A stretch of DNA of 64,000 bases from an uncultured Methylomirabilota bacterium (GCA_963705305.1 OY970067.1:5280001-5344000), one strand, 5' to 3'; counted from the stretch's first letter, positions 48,296 through 59,454 are shown. The notes: generated by a model from the sequence alone, not told the origin. Program-made: numbers and translations.

Positions 48296-49528
48296 CTACG
48301 GCGCTAGCTGGTAAACGGGAATGACCTCCGGGTTCCACTCGATGTAGAAGGCCTCCTGGGACTTGTAGTCCTCCTTCCCGACCTCCTTCGTTTGCATGAA
48401 GTACATGAATTCCTTGCGGGCGCCATTCTTGTCGAAGACCATAGGATTTCCGGTGGTGATCTCCTTGGTGTTGATGTTGCGCAAGGCATCGCGGAACTTG
48501 GTCCGATCCACCGTGCCGGCCTTCTCCACGGCCTCCTTGATGAGGTAGACGGTCGCGTAGCAGAAGTTCTCGATGTAGGCGGGAACATACCCCTTGCGCT
48601 GCGTGAACTTGGTGATCAGCCCCTTGGCATAGTCGTTGAGCCCGCCCAGGGAGTGATCAAAGAAGGTGCCGTAATACGACCCGATGCTTCGCGGACCCCA
48701 CCCGAGGATCATCTTCACAGCGCCAAAGGGGTGAATGATCTGCTCCGGCTTGAATCCCAGGTCCAGGATCTGGTTGGTGATCGTCACATCGAAAGCCCCG
48801 CCGCCGCTGACAAAGACGAAGTCCGGATTCTTGGACTTGACCTGAGCCGCCTGCACCGTGGCATCCGTGGCATTCTGAGGAAAGACGATGTCCGCAGCGA
48901 TCTTGATGCCGGAGCGCTCGGCCTGATACTTGATCCCGGCCACGATGGCGCGCTGGAGGGCGAAGTCGCTGTAGATGAGGGCGATGCTGGCTCCCGGCTT
49001 CATCTTCTCGACAAATTTCACGATGGCATAACCCCAGCCCACCGCATCGGGCTCCACGCGGAACGTCCACTGGGTCCCCGGGCGCGTGAGGCGCGGGAAC
49101 GCGGCCACCGGCACCACGAAGGGAACGTGGTTCTGCTCGGCGTAGCCGTAGACCGCGAGCGCGGTGTCCGAGCTGGTGGGACCGCTGAGGACCAGAACCT
49201 TATCCTGCGTGTCCAGCATTCTCGCGGCGCTGGCTGCCTGCGCGGGGTCGGTGCGGTTGTCCATGGGGAGGACCTGAATGGGCCGCCCCAGAACGCCACC
49301 CTTAGCGTTGATCTCCTCTTCGGCGATCTGAGCGGCGGTGAGGCCGGTCGCGCCGAAGAACGACCAGGTGCCGGACAGTTCCCCGATCCAGCCGATCTTG
49401 ATCGGCTCTCCCTTCGGCTGCGCCGCCGCCGGCGAGGGAAGGAGAAGGACCCAGGCCGCGAAGCCAACAATCATGAGGGTAAACAGGATCGATCGCAGGA
49501 CGGCCTTCTCGCCATCACGACTCACCAT
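48296..49528 (-). CDS. HAAT/Liv ABC substrate-binding protein
   Basis: Signal peptide; IKIGWIGELSG, INAKGGVLGRPI, WTFRV. Confidence 0.88.
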   Translation of the reverse strand: MVSRDGEKAVLRSILFTLMIVGFAAWVLLLPSPAAAQPKGEPIKIGWIGELSGTWSFFGATGLTAAQIAEEEINAKGGVLGRPIQVLPMDNRTDPAQAASAARMLDTQDKVLVLSGPTSSDTALAVYGYAEQNHVPFVVPVAAFPRLTRPGTQWTFRVEPDAVGWGYAIVKFVEKMKPGASIALIYSDFALQRAIVAGIKYQAERSGIKIAADIVFPQNATDATVQAAQVKSKNPDFVFVSGGGAFDVTITNQILDLGFKPEQIIHPFGAVKMILGWGPRSIGSYYGTFFDHSLGGLNDYAKGLITKFTQRKGYVPAYIENFCYATVYLIKEAVEKAGTVDRTKFRDALRNINTKEITTGNPMVFDKNGARKEFMYFMQTKEVGKEDYKSQEAFYIEWNPEVIPVYQLAP

Positions 49529-49581
49529 GGACGAACCTCCTTTGAGCGCAACCGTTCATAAATCTCGGGCGGAACAACAGA

Positions 49582-50022
49582 CTACTTCTTCTTCTGGGCC
49601 GCAAGATACAGGGCGGCATCCAGTCCCATGAAATACACCTGGATGCCGAGGCCCATGATGACCCCCTGCGCAGCGGGGGCGATGACGGAATGGAGGCCGC
49701 GCTCGTAATGGTTGGAAAGATGGATCTCCACGTAGGGAAGCTTGACCCCTTTGATCGTGTCCCGGATCGAGTGGGCGGCGTAGGTGAACCCGCCAGGGTT
49801 CATCACCACAACATCCACTTTGTCATGGTAGGCCTTGATGATGCGGTCGATGCAGTCCCCCTCGGAATTGGTATAGAAGATTTCCAGATCGAACTTCTTG
49901 GTCTTGGCATATGCGACCATCATTTTATCCAGTTCGGCAGCGGAGGTCGTCCCGTAAATCTCCGGCTGGCGGACTCCCAGCAGGTTCATATTACTTCCTT
50001 GGATCATGAGGATTTTTGGCAT
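49582..50022 (-). CDS. Type II 3-dehydroquinate dehydratase-like protein (divergent AroQ family)
   Basis: NMNLLGVRQPEIYG, NSEG, NPGGFT, EIHLSN, GVIMGLG; several conserved positions differ (see findings). Confidence 0.75.
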   Translation of the reverse strand: MPKILMIQGSNMNLLGVRQPEIYGTTSAAELDKMMVAYAKTKKFDLEIFYTNSEGDCIDRIIKAYHDKVDVVVMNPGGFTYAAHSIRDTIKGVKLPYVEIHLSNHYERGLHSVIAPAAQGVIMGLGIQVYFMGLDAALYLAAQKKK

Positions 50023-50195
50023 GGTGTTCTCCTTGTCTCCTCTGTTGCCTCTCGCCGAGAGGCTCACTGTTTTAACTCTCCGGGGTTCGCGCCGCTGGCG
50101 ACGCGCCGCCATGTGGCCAAAAAACGGGCGAAGCGTAACACACACACCCGACCGAAGCAATCACTCCAAGAAAACTGAGCGGCGAAAAGCCCAAC

Positions 50196-50900
50196 TCAGC
50201 CCTTCCCCCCCAGATAGGCGGCTTCCACTTGGGGATTATTGGCCAGATCGGGGCCGGTCCCCTGCAGCACCACTCGTCCGTTCTCCAGCACATAGGCATA
50301 ATGGGCCAGGGCCAGGGCCGTGTGCGCGTTCTGCTCGACCAGGACGATGGTCGTGCCTTCCGTATTGATCTCCCGGATCAGGTCGGCAATCTGGCGGACA
50401 ATCTTGGGGGCGAGGCCGAGCGAGGGCTCGTCCAGGAGCATGATCCTGGGCGAGGACATCAATCCCCGCCCGATGGCCAGCATCTGTTGCTCCCCGCCGG
50501 ACAAGGTACCCGCGCGCTGGTGCGCGCGCTCGCGCAGGAGCGGGAACATCTCGTAGATCCGCCTCCGGGTCTTGCGCGTATCCGTTCGGTGGGCGCGGTG
50601 CGCGCCCATGGTCAGGTTCTCGTCCACCGTCAAGGAGGAGAAGACCTTGCGACCCTCCGGGACCTGGACGATGCCGGCCGCTACGGTCAGGTGGGCAGCC
50701 GATGGCAAGGGCCGGCCGTCCAGGAAGATGCCCCCGCTTTTCGGGTGCAGCAGCCCCGAGACGGCATTGAGGAGTGTCGTCTTGCCGGCCCCGTTGGAGC
50801 CGATCACGCTGACCATCCGGCGGTCGGGGACCTGCAGATCGATCCCGTGCAGCGCCTCGATCCGCCCGTATCGGACCACCAGGCCCTTCACCTCGAGCAT
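50196..50900 (-). CDS. ABC ATP-binding protein (LivF-like)
   Basis: GSNGAGKTT, VPEGRKVF, LSGGEQQM, LDEPSLGLAP. Confidence 0.9.
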   Translation of the reverse strand: MLEVKGLVVRYGRIEALHGIDLQVPDRRMVSVIGSNGAGKTTLLNAVSGLLHPKSGGIFLDGRPLPSAAHLTVAAGIVQVPEGRKVFSSLTVDENLTMGAHRAHRTDTRKTRRRIYEMFPLLRERAHQRAGTLSGGEQQMLAIGRGLMSSPRIMLLDEPSLGLAPKIVRQIADLIREINTEGTTIVLVEQNAHTALALAHYAYVLENGRVVLQGTGPDLANNPQVEAAYLGGKG

Positions 50901-51676
50901 GAATACTCCTCCCCGAGGTAGGCGCTGATGACCACGGGATCCCGCTGGATCTGCTCCGGCGTGCCCTCGGCAATGGTGGACCCGAAGTTCTGCACGTAAA
51001 TCCACTGGCAAAGCTCCATCACCACCTCCATGCGATGCTCGATGAGAATAATGGAAAGGCGGAGGTCGGTGAAGAGCTGACGGAGCAGCTCGATCAGCGC
51101 GCGCACTTCGGCTGGATTCAATCCCGCGGCGGGCTCGTCCAAGAGCAGCAGGCGCGGCTCTCCCGCCAGGGCGCGGGCCAGCTCCACCCGGCGTTGCAGC
51201 CCGTACGGCAAGCTGCCCGCCTCCTCATGCCGGTGAGCAGCCAGACCGAGCTTGTCCAACCAGGCGAGGGATTGCTCGATGACCCGGTGCTCGAAGTTGC
51301 CGACCCCCTTCCAACCGACCATCGCTTTCAGCAGCCCGTACTCGGCCCGCCAGCTATAGGCGCTGCGGACGTTGTCCAGCACGCTCATATCTTCGAAGAG
51401 GCGGATGTTCTGGAACGTTCGGGCGATGCCCAGTCGGCCGATCTCAAAGGATCGCAGTCCCCCGATGGGTCGTCCCTGAAACGTCACGCTGCCCGCATCG
51501 TGGGGGTAGAGTCCCGAGAGCAGGTTGAGGATGGTGGTCTTGCCGGCGCCATTGGGTCCGATGATGCCGATCAGATGGTTTTGGCGAACCGTGGCGCTGA
51601 AGCTGTTCACGGCGACGACGCCGCCGAACCGCTTGCTGATCCCCTGGCATTGCAGTAGGACGCCGCGCTCAGTCAT
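50888..51676 (-). CDS. ABC ATP-binding protein (LivG-like)
   Basis: GPNGAGKTT, ARTFQNIRLF, LPYG, LDEPAAG, IEH. Confidence 0.9.
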   Translation of the reverse strand: MTERGVLLQCQGISKRFGGVVAVNSFSATVRQNHLIGIIGPNGAGKTTILNLLSGLYPHDAGSVTFQGRPIGGLRSFEIGRLGIARTFQNIRLFEDMSVLDNVRSAYSWRAEYGLLKAMVGWKGVGNFEHRVIEQSLAWLDKLGLAAHRHEEAGSLPYGLQRRVELARALAGEPRLLLLDEPAAGLNPAEVRALIELLRQLFTDLRLSIILIEHRMEVVMELCQWIYVQNFGSTIAEGTPEQIQRDPVVISAYLGEEYSCSR

Positions 51677-52550
51677 GGCCCGCCCCCTCCGGAAATCTCC
51701 GGCGGGACCGTCGAAGCCATGCGCCGAGGCCGGCGAAGGACAGCTCCCAGCGGCCGAAGAGTCCGGCCGGCCGGAAGTTGATGATCAGCAGGATGATCAG
51801 GCAGTAGATCAGGACCCGCCATTCCGAGGCGAATCGGAGGACCTCGGGCAGCGCGGAGAGCGTGGCTGCGCCAATGATGGCCCCGGTGAGGCTGTCGCGC
51901 CCGCCGACGAATACCATGATGATCCAGATCGCCGACTGGGTCCACCCAAACATGGCAGGCTCGACATAGGTGGTGAAGAAGGCCATCAGGGCCCCGGCAT
52001 ATGCCGACAGTCCCGCTCCCAGCGCAAACACCTTCAGCTTGTGGGCAAAGGCATTGATCCCGCCGACCTGGGCGGCGAGCTCATCCGTGCGGATGGCCAG
52101 GCAGTCCCGTCCGAACTTGGAGCGGCGCACGTTGCCGATGAGCCATACGGCGACGACCAGCGAGCCGAAGGCCATCCAGGGCCTCGTCAGCTGCGGGACA
52201 CCGGAGAGTCCCATGGCCCCGCCGGTGTATTTCACCGATTCGTCCATCACGGCGCGGAGCGCCTCGCCGAAGCCGAATGTCACCAGGGCGAAGAAGTCCT
52301 GGCGGATCTTCAGCGTGGTGAACCCGATGACGTAGGCCACGCCTACCGACAGGACGACCGCCGCCGCCACCGCCACGGGGAAGGGGATCCCGTACTTGAC
52401 GACGGCCAGCGCCGCCACGTAGGAGCCCAGCCCCATGAAGGCGGCCTGCCCGAGGGAGAACAGGCCGGTCAGCCCGGTGAGGACGAAGGTGCCCAGGACC
52501 CCAAGCGTCGTTATCGCCGTGAATACCGCAACGCTGACGAAATAATCCAC
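51669..52550 (-). CDS. ABC permease (LivM-like)
   Basis: SLGQAAFMG, FALVTFGFGE, AIRTDE, RPAGLFG. Confidence 0.88.
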   Translation of the reverse strand: MDYFVSVAVFTAITTLGVLGTFVLTGLTGLFSLGQAAFMGLGSYVAALAVVKYGIPFPVAVAAAVVLSVGVAYVIGFTTLKIRQDFFALVTFGFGEALRAVMDESVKYTGGAMGLSGVPQLTRPWMAFGSLVVAVWLIGNVRRSKFGRDCLAIRTDELAAQVGGINAFAHKLKVFALGAGLSAYAGALMAFFTTYVEPAMFGWTQSAIWIIMVFVGGRDSLTGAIIGAATLSALPEVLRFASEWRVLIYCLIILLIINFRPAGLFGRWELSFAGLGAWLRRSRRRFPEGAGHD

Positions 52551-52558
52551 AGACTACC

Positions 52559-53455
52559 TCATGCCTTCTCCTCAAAAGAGACCCCGGCGAAGCCTTGCGG
52601 CCGGATCAGCAGGAAGGCAACCATGATGGCAAAGATCACGGCGGGGGACAGGCCGGCGCCCATGACGGCAATCAGCGTCACTTCCACCAGGGCCAGGGCC
52701 AACGCTCCCCAGGCCGCGCCCATGATGCTGCCCAATCCGCCCAGGACGGACGCGATGAATCCTTTCACCACCAGCTGTCCGATCTGCGGGTAGAGCGTGT
52801 AGGCCATCCCCAGCAGCACCCCCGAGAGGCCCCCGAGCATCCCGGAGATGAAAAAGGTCGTCATGACGATGAAGTTCACGTTCACGCCCATCAGGTTGGT
52901 TGTCGTTAGGTCGTCCGCGGCGGCCCGGATGGCGATGCCGACCTTCGTATATCTCAGCGCCCAGGCCAGCGATCCGAAAGCCAGGATGGAGATGGCCATC
53001 ATGACGAGGTAGAGCACCGAAAAATTCACCCCCGCGATCGAGAAGGAGGTCGTGCGGATCAGCTCCGGGTAAGTGAAGAAGGAGGCGCCGAAAAAGATCA
53101 CCAGGATCTGCTCCATGAGCATCAGCATAGTGACAGAGGTGACGAAGAAATAGACTAGTTGCCCCCGCTTTTTGCGGATGGAGCGGAACGCGACGAATTC
53201 CACCCCGACGGCGACAATTCCCCCCGCCAGTGTTCCCACGAGCAAGACCGGGATCAAAGGGAGCCTCAGGTAGAGCGCCGCCATGTAGCCGAGGTACGCT
53301 CCGATACCAAGAACGCCGCCATGAGAGAAATTGGAGAACTTCAGGACGTTGAACACCATGGCAAACCCGACGGCGATCAGGGCGTAGACCGCGCCCAGGG
53401 ACACCCCGTTGACCAGCTGCTGTATGGCGACTCCCCACAATTGACCCGCTTCCAT
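52559..53455 (-). CDS. ABC permease (LivH-like)
   Basis: QQLVNG.SLGAVYALIAVG, NFSHG, GGLGS, RPQG. Confidence 0.9.
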   Translation of the reverse strand: MEAGQLWGVAIQQLVNGVSLGAVYALIAVGFAMVFNVLKFSNFSHGGVLGIGAYLGYMAALYLRLPLIPVLLVGTLAGGIVAVGVEFVAFRSIRKKRGQLVYFFVTSVTMLMLMEQILVIFFGASFFTYPELIRTTSFSIAGVNFSVLYLVMMAISILAFGSLAWALRYTKVGIAIRAAADDLTTTNLMGVNVNFIVMTTFFISGMLGGLSGVLLGMAYTLYPQIGQLVVKGFIASVLGGLGSIMGAAWGALALALVEVTLIAVMGAGLSPAVIFAIMVAFLLIRPQGFAGVSFEEKA

Positions 53456-53536
53456 CGCGCTCCATCCTCCAAAAGCAAAACCGGGAGTCGAGGGAACGAT
53501 CTCCCGGCTCCCGGCTGGGCCCCGTGAGGGCACATA

Positions 53537-54712
53537 TTACTTTTCATCCGGCGGGACATACTTGGTCAGCGTCACCGATCTGCCGCCCTTCACCTGAAGG
53601 ATGTACATGGGCAGGCCCACGGGACGGTGCGTCTTCGGCGAGATGGTGAACGGACCCTGGTAGCCGGGAAAGTCCTTCGTCTTGCTCAATTCGGCTGCGA
53701 GCATCTCGCTGGTCGGCGCCCTGCCGCCGGCCGAGGCGCGCTTGTACGCCTCGACCAGGGCCCCGCCGAGGTCCCATCCCGAGTACGCCTGGGTGATGGC
53801 CGGGTATCCGAACTTTTTCTCGTACTGCGCGCTGTACTCCTTCAGCTTGGCGTTGGACGGATCGATGCCGTACGGGAAGTACACTCCCTCCGACGCCTTG
53901 GGATCGGTGTTACTCGCCAGGGCAAAGGGAATATAGGAGTTATCGCCGAGGATGGTCGCCTTGATCCCCAGATCGTAGGACTGCTGCAGGGCCAAGGGGA
54001 TCTCCTGTGGATAGGTCGGCATGTAGATCGCTTCGGGATTGGCCTGCTTGATCTTGGTGAGCTGGGCCCGGTAATCCTTGTCGGCGGTCATGAAGGTCTC
54101 TTTGGCCACGATCGTTCCGCCGTTCTCGGTCACATAGCTCATGAATGGCTCGGCCAGGGAGACCGAATAGGCGTTCTGCTGGTTCAGGAGCACGGCGTAC
54201 TTCTTGAGCTTCAACTCCTTGATGGCGTAGGCGGCGATGGTTCGCGCCTGGGCGCCGGAGGAGTTCTGGGCGAGGAACATGTAGGTCCAGGGCGTCCCGT
54301 CGGGCTTCGTGGTTGCCCGTTCGTCCATGTAGAGACCGACGATGGGGACCTTCTTGGCGTCGGTCAGGGGCGCCAGGGCGATGCCCATGTTGGCGATGGG
54401 CGGGCCGATCAGCACAGTGACCCGGTCCAAGTCGCAGAGACGCCGGTAGGCGTTGATGGCCTCGTTCACCTCGCTCTTCGTATCGTAGCTGATGATCTTC
54501 AGCTTTCGGCCGTTGATGCCGCCCGCGGCATTGACCTGGTCGAAGTACATCTGGACGCCGTTGGTGGTCGCCAGGCCGAAGGCTTTGTTGGGTCCCGAGA
54601 GATCCTGGATATTGCCGATCAGGATATCATCGGCCGCCGAGGCAGGCGTGCCGGCAAAGGCCGCCAGGACGGCGAGGGCGAGGAGCGTGGAGACAAATGC
54701 CGGCCTGTTCAT
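53537..54712 (-). CDS. HAAT/Liv ABC substrate-binding protein
   Basis: Signal peptide; DLSG, NAAGGINGRKL, DYRAQLTKIK. Confidence 0.88.
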   Translation of the reverse strand: MNRPAFVSTLLALAVLAAFAGTPASAADDILIGNIQDLSGPNKAFGLATTNGVQMYFDQVNAAGGINGRKLKIISYDTKSEVNEAINAYRRLCDLDRVTVLIGPPIANMGIALAPLTDAKKVPIVGLYMDERATTKPDGTPWTYMFLAQNSSGAQARTIAAYAIKELKLKKYAVLLNQQNAYSVSLAEPFMSYVTENGGTIVAKETFMTADKDYRAQLTKIKQANPEAIYMPTYPQEIPLALQQSYDLGIKATILGDNSYIPFALASNTDPKASEGVYFPYGIDPSNAKLKEYSAQYEKKFGYPAITQAYSGWDLGGALVEAYKRASAGGRAPTSEMLAAELSKTKDFPGYQGPFTISPKTHRPVGLPMYILQVKGGRSVTLTKYVPPDEK

Positions 54713-55332
54713 GCTCTCCTCCTCCGATCTTTCTTCCGGGGGACGAAAATACGTCTAAGAAAAACCGATGGGGCCCTTTCTCCCTGGCCCGGCGTTGTGC
54801 CGGCGGGCAGGCGGGTGTGAACGATGGTCGTATATATCCCCGATTTTTGCCGGCTGTCAAGGCCGAGGCTCAACTCATATGATCAGGCGTCCTTTTGCAG
54901 GCCGGCATCGATGAGCCTGCCGGAGGGGCTCGCTTGACAATCGGGGGTAACCGGCCAATACTTCTATCGCACGCCAAGACGCTCCAGGAAGATGTGCTCA
55001 GCAGGTGCCCGGGATCACACGGTGCCATCTCGGTCAAGGCGATGAACGCCCTGGACTTCCCCCGGCAAGGCGGGACCAGGGTTTTGTCTTTTCAGCCGCA
55101 GCGCTCGGTTCTCCAGGGAGGGGGAGGACGGACAGAGGAAATCCTGGCCAAATCGGACCTGCTCAGCCAGATTGCCCACAATCCGACGACTCTCCAGCTC
55201 GTCGAGGCCTTGGAACCTGTGGCCCGTCAGCCTTTCCTGGCCGAGTCCGTTCCGGGTTGTGGCCGGGTCGCGGAGCTGGCGCACTTCTCCTGTCCCGCCA
55301 TTCTATACCTGTCTCGCTAAGGAGGTCAGCCC

Positions 55333-56796
55333 ATGGGACGGTCCAATCGCTTGAAGAGATCGCTGTACGTCTTGCTGATTCTGGGGCTGGGGGTCGTGGG
55401 GCTCTGTGCTGCCCTCCCGCGCGCGCAGGCCGCCGACCCGCCCCTCTGGACCGAGGGGACCCAGCCGGCGCCGGCCTACACCACTCCCTGGCCCGGCGTC
55501 GCCAAAGCGGACCTCGGGGCGGTGGTCAACATCAGCACGACCCAGATCGTGAAGAATCCCATGGCCGCCGAGGAGGGCGAGAATCCGCAGGACCCGTTCC
55601 AGCAGTTCTTCCACCAGTTCTTCGGGAATCTTCCGAAGACGTCGCAGGTCCACAGCCTCGGCTCGGGCTTCCTCCTCCGGGCGGACGGCTACATTGCCAC
55701 CAACAACCACGTCGTGGCCAACGCCACGGACGTGCAGGTGAAGCTCGCGGACGGGCGGGAGTTTCCGGCCACCGTGGTGGGCCGCGACGAGCAGACCGAC
55801 CTCGCGCTCGTGAAGATCGAAGCCACCGGCCTCCCCGTGCTCCGCCTCGGGGACTCCGACCAGCTGCACATCGGCGATCCCGTGATGGCCATCGGCAACC
55901 CCTTCGGGCTGCAGGGGACCGTCACCACCGGCATCGTCTCGGCCACCGGCCGGGTCATCGGCGAGGGCCCCTATGACAACTTCATCCAGACGGACGCCTC
56001 GATCAACCCCGGGAACTCCGGGGGGCCGCTGGTCAACGCGGCCGGGGAGGTGGTGGGGATCAACACGGCCATCGTCTCCCAGTCGGGGGGCTCGGTGGGC
56101 ATCGGCTTCGCCATCCCCATCAATGAGGCCAAGACGATCCTCCCGCAGCTCCAGGCCACCGGCCACGTAACGCGCGGCTGGCTGGGGGTGGGCATCCAGA
56201 CCGTGACCCCCGCGCTGGCCACGGCCCTGCACCTGCCGAAGGACGCGGGGGCGCTGGTGGCGGAGGTCCAGCCGAACTCCCCCGCCGCCCAGGCGGGGCT
56301 CCAGCCGGGGGACGTCATCGTCGAGTACGCGGGCCATGCCGTGGCGCAGAGCACGGACCTGCCACGCCTGGTCGCCGCCACCCCGATCGGACAGACCGCC
56401 CGCATCACGGTCCTGCGGGAGGGCCGGTCGCTGACGCTGACCGCCACGATTGCGGAGCGCCCGGGGGCCCCGGAGGAGGCCCAGGCGGCGCCGGCACACG
56501 AAGCGCTGGGGATCAGCGTGCAGCCCCTCACCCCGGCCCTGGCCCAGCAACTGGGCGTGCCGGACCGGGCGGGCCTCGTGGTGACCGATGTGAAGGACGG
56601 CGGGCCGGCCGCCGAGGCCGGCATCCAGGCCGGGGACGTCATCATCCAGGCCGACCGGCACTCGGCGGCCACGGTGGCCGACCTCCGGAAGGTTGTGGCG
56701 GAACACCCGGCAGGCCAGCCCCTGCTCCTCTTGATCCGGCGGAAGGACGCGAGCCTATTTATCGCCGTCCCCCTGGGGGGCGGCCCGCCGGGGTAG
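55333..56796 (+). CDS. degP: DegP/HtrA (Do family) periplasmic serine protease, two PDZ domains
   Basis: GSGF, TNNHVV, TDLALVK, IQTDASINPGNSGG, RGWLGV; signal peptide; RBS AAGGAGG. Confidence 0.9.
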   Translation: MGRSNRLKRSLYVLLILGLGVVGLCAALPRAQAADPPLWTEGTQPAPAYTTPWPGVAKADLGAVVNISTTQIVKNPMAAEEGENPQDPFQQFFHQFFGNLPKTSQVHSLGSGFLLRADGYIATNNHVVANATDVQVKLADGREFPATVVGRDEQTDLALVKIEATGLPVLRLGDSDQLHIGDPVMAIGNPFGLQGTVTTGIVSATGRVIGEGPYDNFIQTDASINPGNSGGPLVNAAGEVVGINTAIVSQSGGSVGIGFAIPINEAKTILPQLQATGHVTRGWLGVGIQTVTPALATALHLPKDAGALVAEVQPNSPAAQAGLQPGDVIVEYAGHAVAQSTDLPRLVAATPIGQTARITVLREGRSLTLTATIAERPGAPEEAQAAPAHEALGISVQPLTPALAQQLGVPDRAGLVVTDVKDGGPAAEAGIQAGDVIIQADRHSAATVADLRKVVAEHPAGQPLLLLIRRKDASLFIAVPLGGGPPG

Positions 56797-57006
56797 GGGG
56801 CCCGACGAGGGGGCCGGTCCGCCTTCGCTGACACGGAACGTGGACGGGGATCAATGTTCGCCGGGCGCCCGCCGACCTGGCCGCGTACGCCGCGGAGGGC
56901 CAGCTCGAAACATAGAGACCGTCCGATACGTATGGAAGGCAGAGGTGGAGCGAAGCGAGAGAAACGGGTCTTACGGCCAGAATGACACGGTCATGGAAAG
57001 GACACT

Positions 57007-59454
57007 GTGATGACACCTCCCGCCAAGCAACCAGCGGCAGCTCATGGAGACACGAGCCTCAGTGCCTACGGGCCGGCCCGCGCGACGATCGCCGGGACCC
57101 CGCTGAGCCCGGAGGAGCTCCGCCGGATCGACGCGTACTGGCAGGCCAGCCTCTACCTGTGCCTGGGGATGCTGTACCTCCGGGACAACCCCCTCCTCCG
57201 CGAGCCGCTCACGCTGGCGCACCTGAAGCCGCGGCTGCTGGGCCACTGGGGCTCGGATGCCGGCCAGGCCTTCACCTACATTCACTTCAACCGGCTCATC
57301 ACCAAGTACGACCTGAACGCAATCTATATCTCCGGCCCCGGTCACGGGGCCCCGGCGGTCCTGGCCCAGGCCTACCTCGAGGGGACCTACGCCGAGATCT
57401 ACCCCGACAAGAGCGAGGACCTGGCGGGGCTGCGGCGCTTCTTCAAGCAATTCTCCTTTCCCGGGGGCATCGGCAGCCACGCCACCCCGGAAACGCCCGG
57501 CAGCCTCCACGAGGGGGGCGAATTGGGGTACAGCCTCTCCCACGCCTTCGGGACGGTCTTCGACCACCCGGATCTGATCGCCCTGGTGATGGTGGGCGAC
57601 GGCGAGGCCGAGACCGGCCCCCTGGCCACCAGCTGGCACAGCAACAAGTTCCTCAACCCGATCACCGATGGGGCGGTCCTGCCGGTCCTGCATCTCAACG
57701 GCTACAAGATCAACAACCCCACCCTCCTGGCCCGCATCAGCCACGCGGAGCTGGAGGCGCTGTTCACGGGGTACGGGTACACCCCCTACTTCGTGGAGGG
57801 GAGCGACCCGCCGAGCATGCACCAGGCCATGGCCGCCACCCTGGAGCACTGCGTCCTGGCGATCCGCCAGGTCCAGGACGAGGCGCGGCCGACCGGCACG
57901 GCTGGCCGGCCGCGCTGGCCGATGATCGTCCTGCGGAGCCCCAAGGGCTGGACGGCCCCCCGCGAGGTGGACGGCCACTACCTGGAAGGGTTCTGGCGGG
58001 CGCACCAGATCCCGCTCCCGGACGTCGCCACCAACCCGGCCCACCTGCACTTGCTGGAATCGTGGCTGCGCGGCTACCAGCCGGAGGCGCGCTTCGACCA
58101 GGACGGGCGGCTGATCCCCGAGCTGAAGGCCCTGGCCCCCACGGGGCCCCGGCGCATGAGCGCCAACCCCGTGGCCAACGGCGGCCTGCTGCGCCGGCCC
58201 CTGGACCTGCCGGACTTCCGGACGTTCGCCGTCGCGGTCAAGACCCCCGGCGGGACCCTGGCCGGGAACGTCCCCACCCTGGGCCTTTTCCTGCGGGACG
58301 TCATGCGATTGAACATGGACCGCTTCCGCCTCTTCGGGCCGGACGAGACCCAATCCAACAAGCTGGACGCCGTCTACGAGGTCGCCCCGAAGGTCTGGCT
58401 GGGGGAGGTCTTCCCGGAGGACGCCGACGGAGGCAATCTGGCCCCGCAGGGCCGGGTCATGGAGATGCTGAGCGAGCACACGGTGGAGGGGTGGCTGGAG
58501 GGCTACCTCCTGAGCGGCCGGCACGGCTTCATCAACAGCTACGAGCCGTTCATCCACGTCATCGACTCCATGGTCAACCAGCACGCCAAGTGGCTGGAGA
58601 AGTGCAACGAGCTGCCCTGGCGCGCCAAGGTGGCGTCGCTCAACCTGCTGATCACGGGGCTGGTCTGGCGGCAGGACCACAACGGCTTCACGCACCAGGA
58701 TCCCGGCTTTCTGGATGTGGTCGTCAACAAGAGTCCGAGTGTCGTGCGCATCTACCTGCCGCCCGACGCCAACTGCCTGCTGTCCGTGGCGGACCACTGC
58801 CTGCGCAGCCTGAACTACGTCAACGTCATCGTGGCGGACAAGCAGGTGCACCTGCAGTACCTGGACCGGGAGGCGGCCGGGGCGCACTGCGCCAAGGGCG
58901 CCGGCATCTGGAGCTGGGCCAGCAACGACCAGGGGGCCGAGCCCGACGTGGTCATGGCGAGCTGCGGCGACGTCCCGACCATGGAGGCGCTGGCCGCCAC
59001 GGCCCTGCTCCGCCAGCACCTGCCGGACATCACGGTGCGGTTCGTGAACGTCGTGGACCTGTTCAAGCTGGTGCCGCACACCGAGCATCCGCACGGGCTG
59101 ACGGACCGCGAGTTCGGGGCCCTCTTCACCGCCACCAAGCCGGTGGTCTTCAACTTCCACTCGTACCCGTGGCTGATCCACCGGCTGACCTACCGGCGGC
59201 CCGGCCAGCACCACATCCACGTGCGCGGCTACAAGGAGAAGGGGAACATCAACACGCCCCTGGAGCTGGCCATCCGCAATCAGACCGACCGCTTCAGCCT
59301 GGCCATCGACGCCATCGACCGGATCCCCCGCTTTGCCGAGACGGGGTCCGGCGTCCGCGAGGCGCTGCTCGACCAGCAGATCGCGTGCCTGCACCACGCC
59401 TACGAGTTCGGCGTGGATCGACCGGAGCTCACCGGCTGGACGTGGCCCTTCTGA
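57007..59454 (+). CDS. xfp: Phosphoketolase (Xfp/Xpk family)
   Basis: [51 protein letters not shown]. Confidence 0.95.
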   Translation: MMTPPAKQPAAAHGDTSLSAYGPARATIAGTPLSPEELRRIDAYWQASLYLCLGMLYLRDNPLLREPLTLAHLKPRLLGHWGSDAGQAFTYIHFNRLITKYDLNAIYISGPGHGAPAVLAQAYLEGTYAEIYPDKSEDLAGLRRFFKQFSFPGGIGSHATPETPGSLHEGGELGYSLSHAFGTVFDHPDLIALVMVGDGEAETGPLATSWHSNKFLNPITDGAVLPVLHLNGYKINNPTLLARISHAELEALFTGYGYTPYFVEGSDPPSMHQAMAATLEHCVLAIRQVQDEARPTGTAGRPRWPMIVLRSPKGWTAPREVDGHYLEGFWRAHQIPLPDVATNPAHLHLLESWLRGYQPEARFDQDGRLIPELKALAPTGPRRMSANPVANGGLLRRPLDLPDFRTFAVAVKTPGGTLAGNVPTLGLFLRDVMRLNMDRFRLFGPDETQSNKLDAVYEVAPKVWLGEVFPEDADGGNLAPQGRVMEMLSEHTVEGWLEGYLLSGRHGFINSYEPFIHVIDSMVNQHAKWLEKCNELPWRAKVASLNLLITGLVWRQDHNGFTHQDPGFLDVVVNKSPSVVRIYLPPDANCLLSVADHCLRSLNYVNVIVADKQVHLQYLDREAAGAHCAKGAGIWSWASNDQGAEPDVVMASCGDVPTMEALAATALLRQHLPDITVRFVNVVDLFKLVPHTEHPHGLTDREFGALFTATKPVVFNFHSYPWLIHRLTYRRPGQHHIHVRGYKEKGNINTPLELAIRNQTDRFSLAIDAIDRIPRFAETGSGVREALLDQQIACLHHAYEFGVDRPELTGWTWPF

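Noticed and set aside
54895..55320. 141-aa ORF upstream of degP
   Set aside because: No recognisable domain, and it overlaps a likely promoter (TTGACA at 54934); treated as non-coding.
56842..56856. FNR-like box TGGAC-N4-ATCAA upstream of xfp
   Set aside because: Two mismatches in one half-site; too weak without comparative support.
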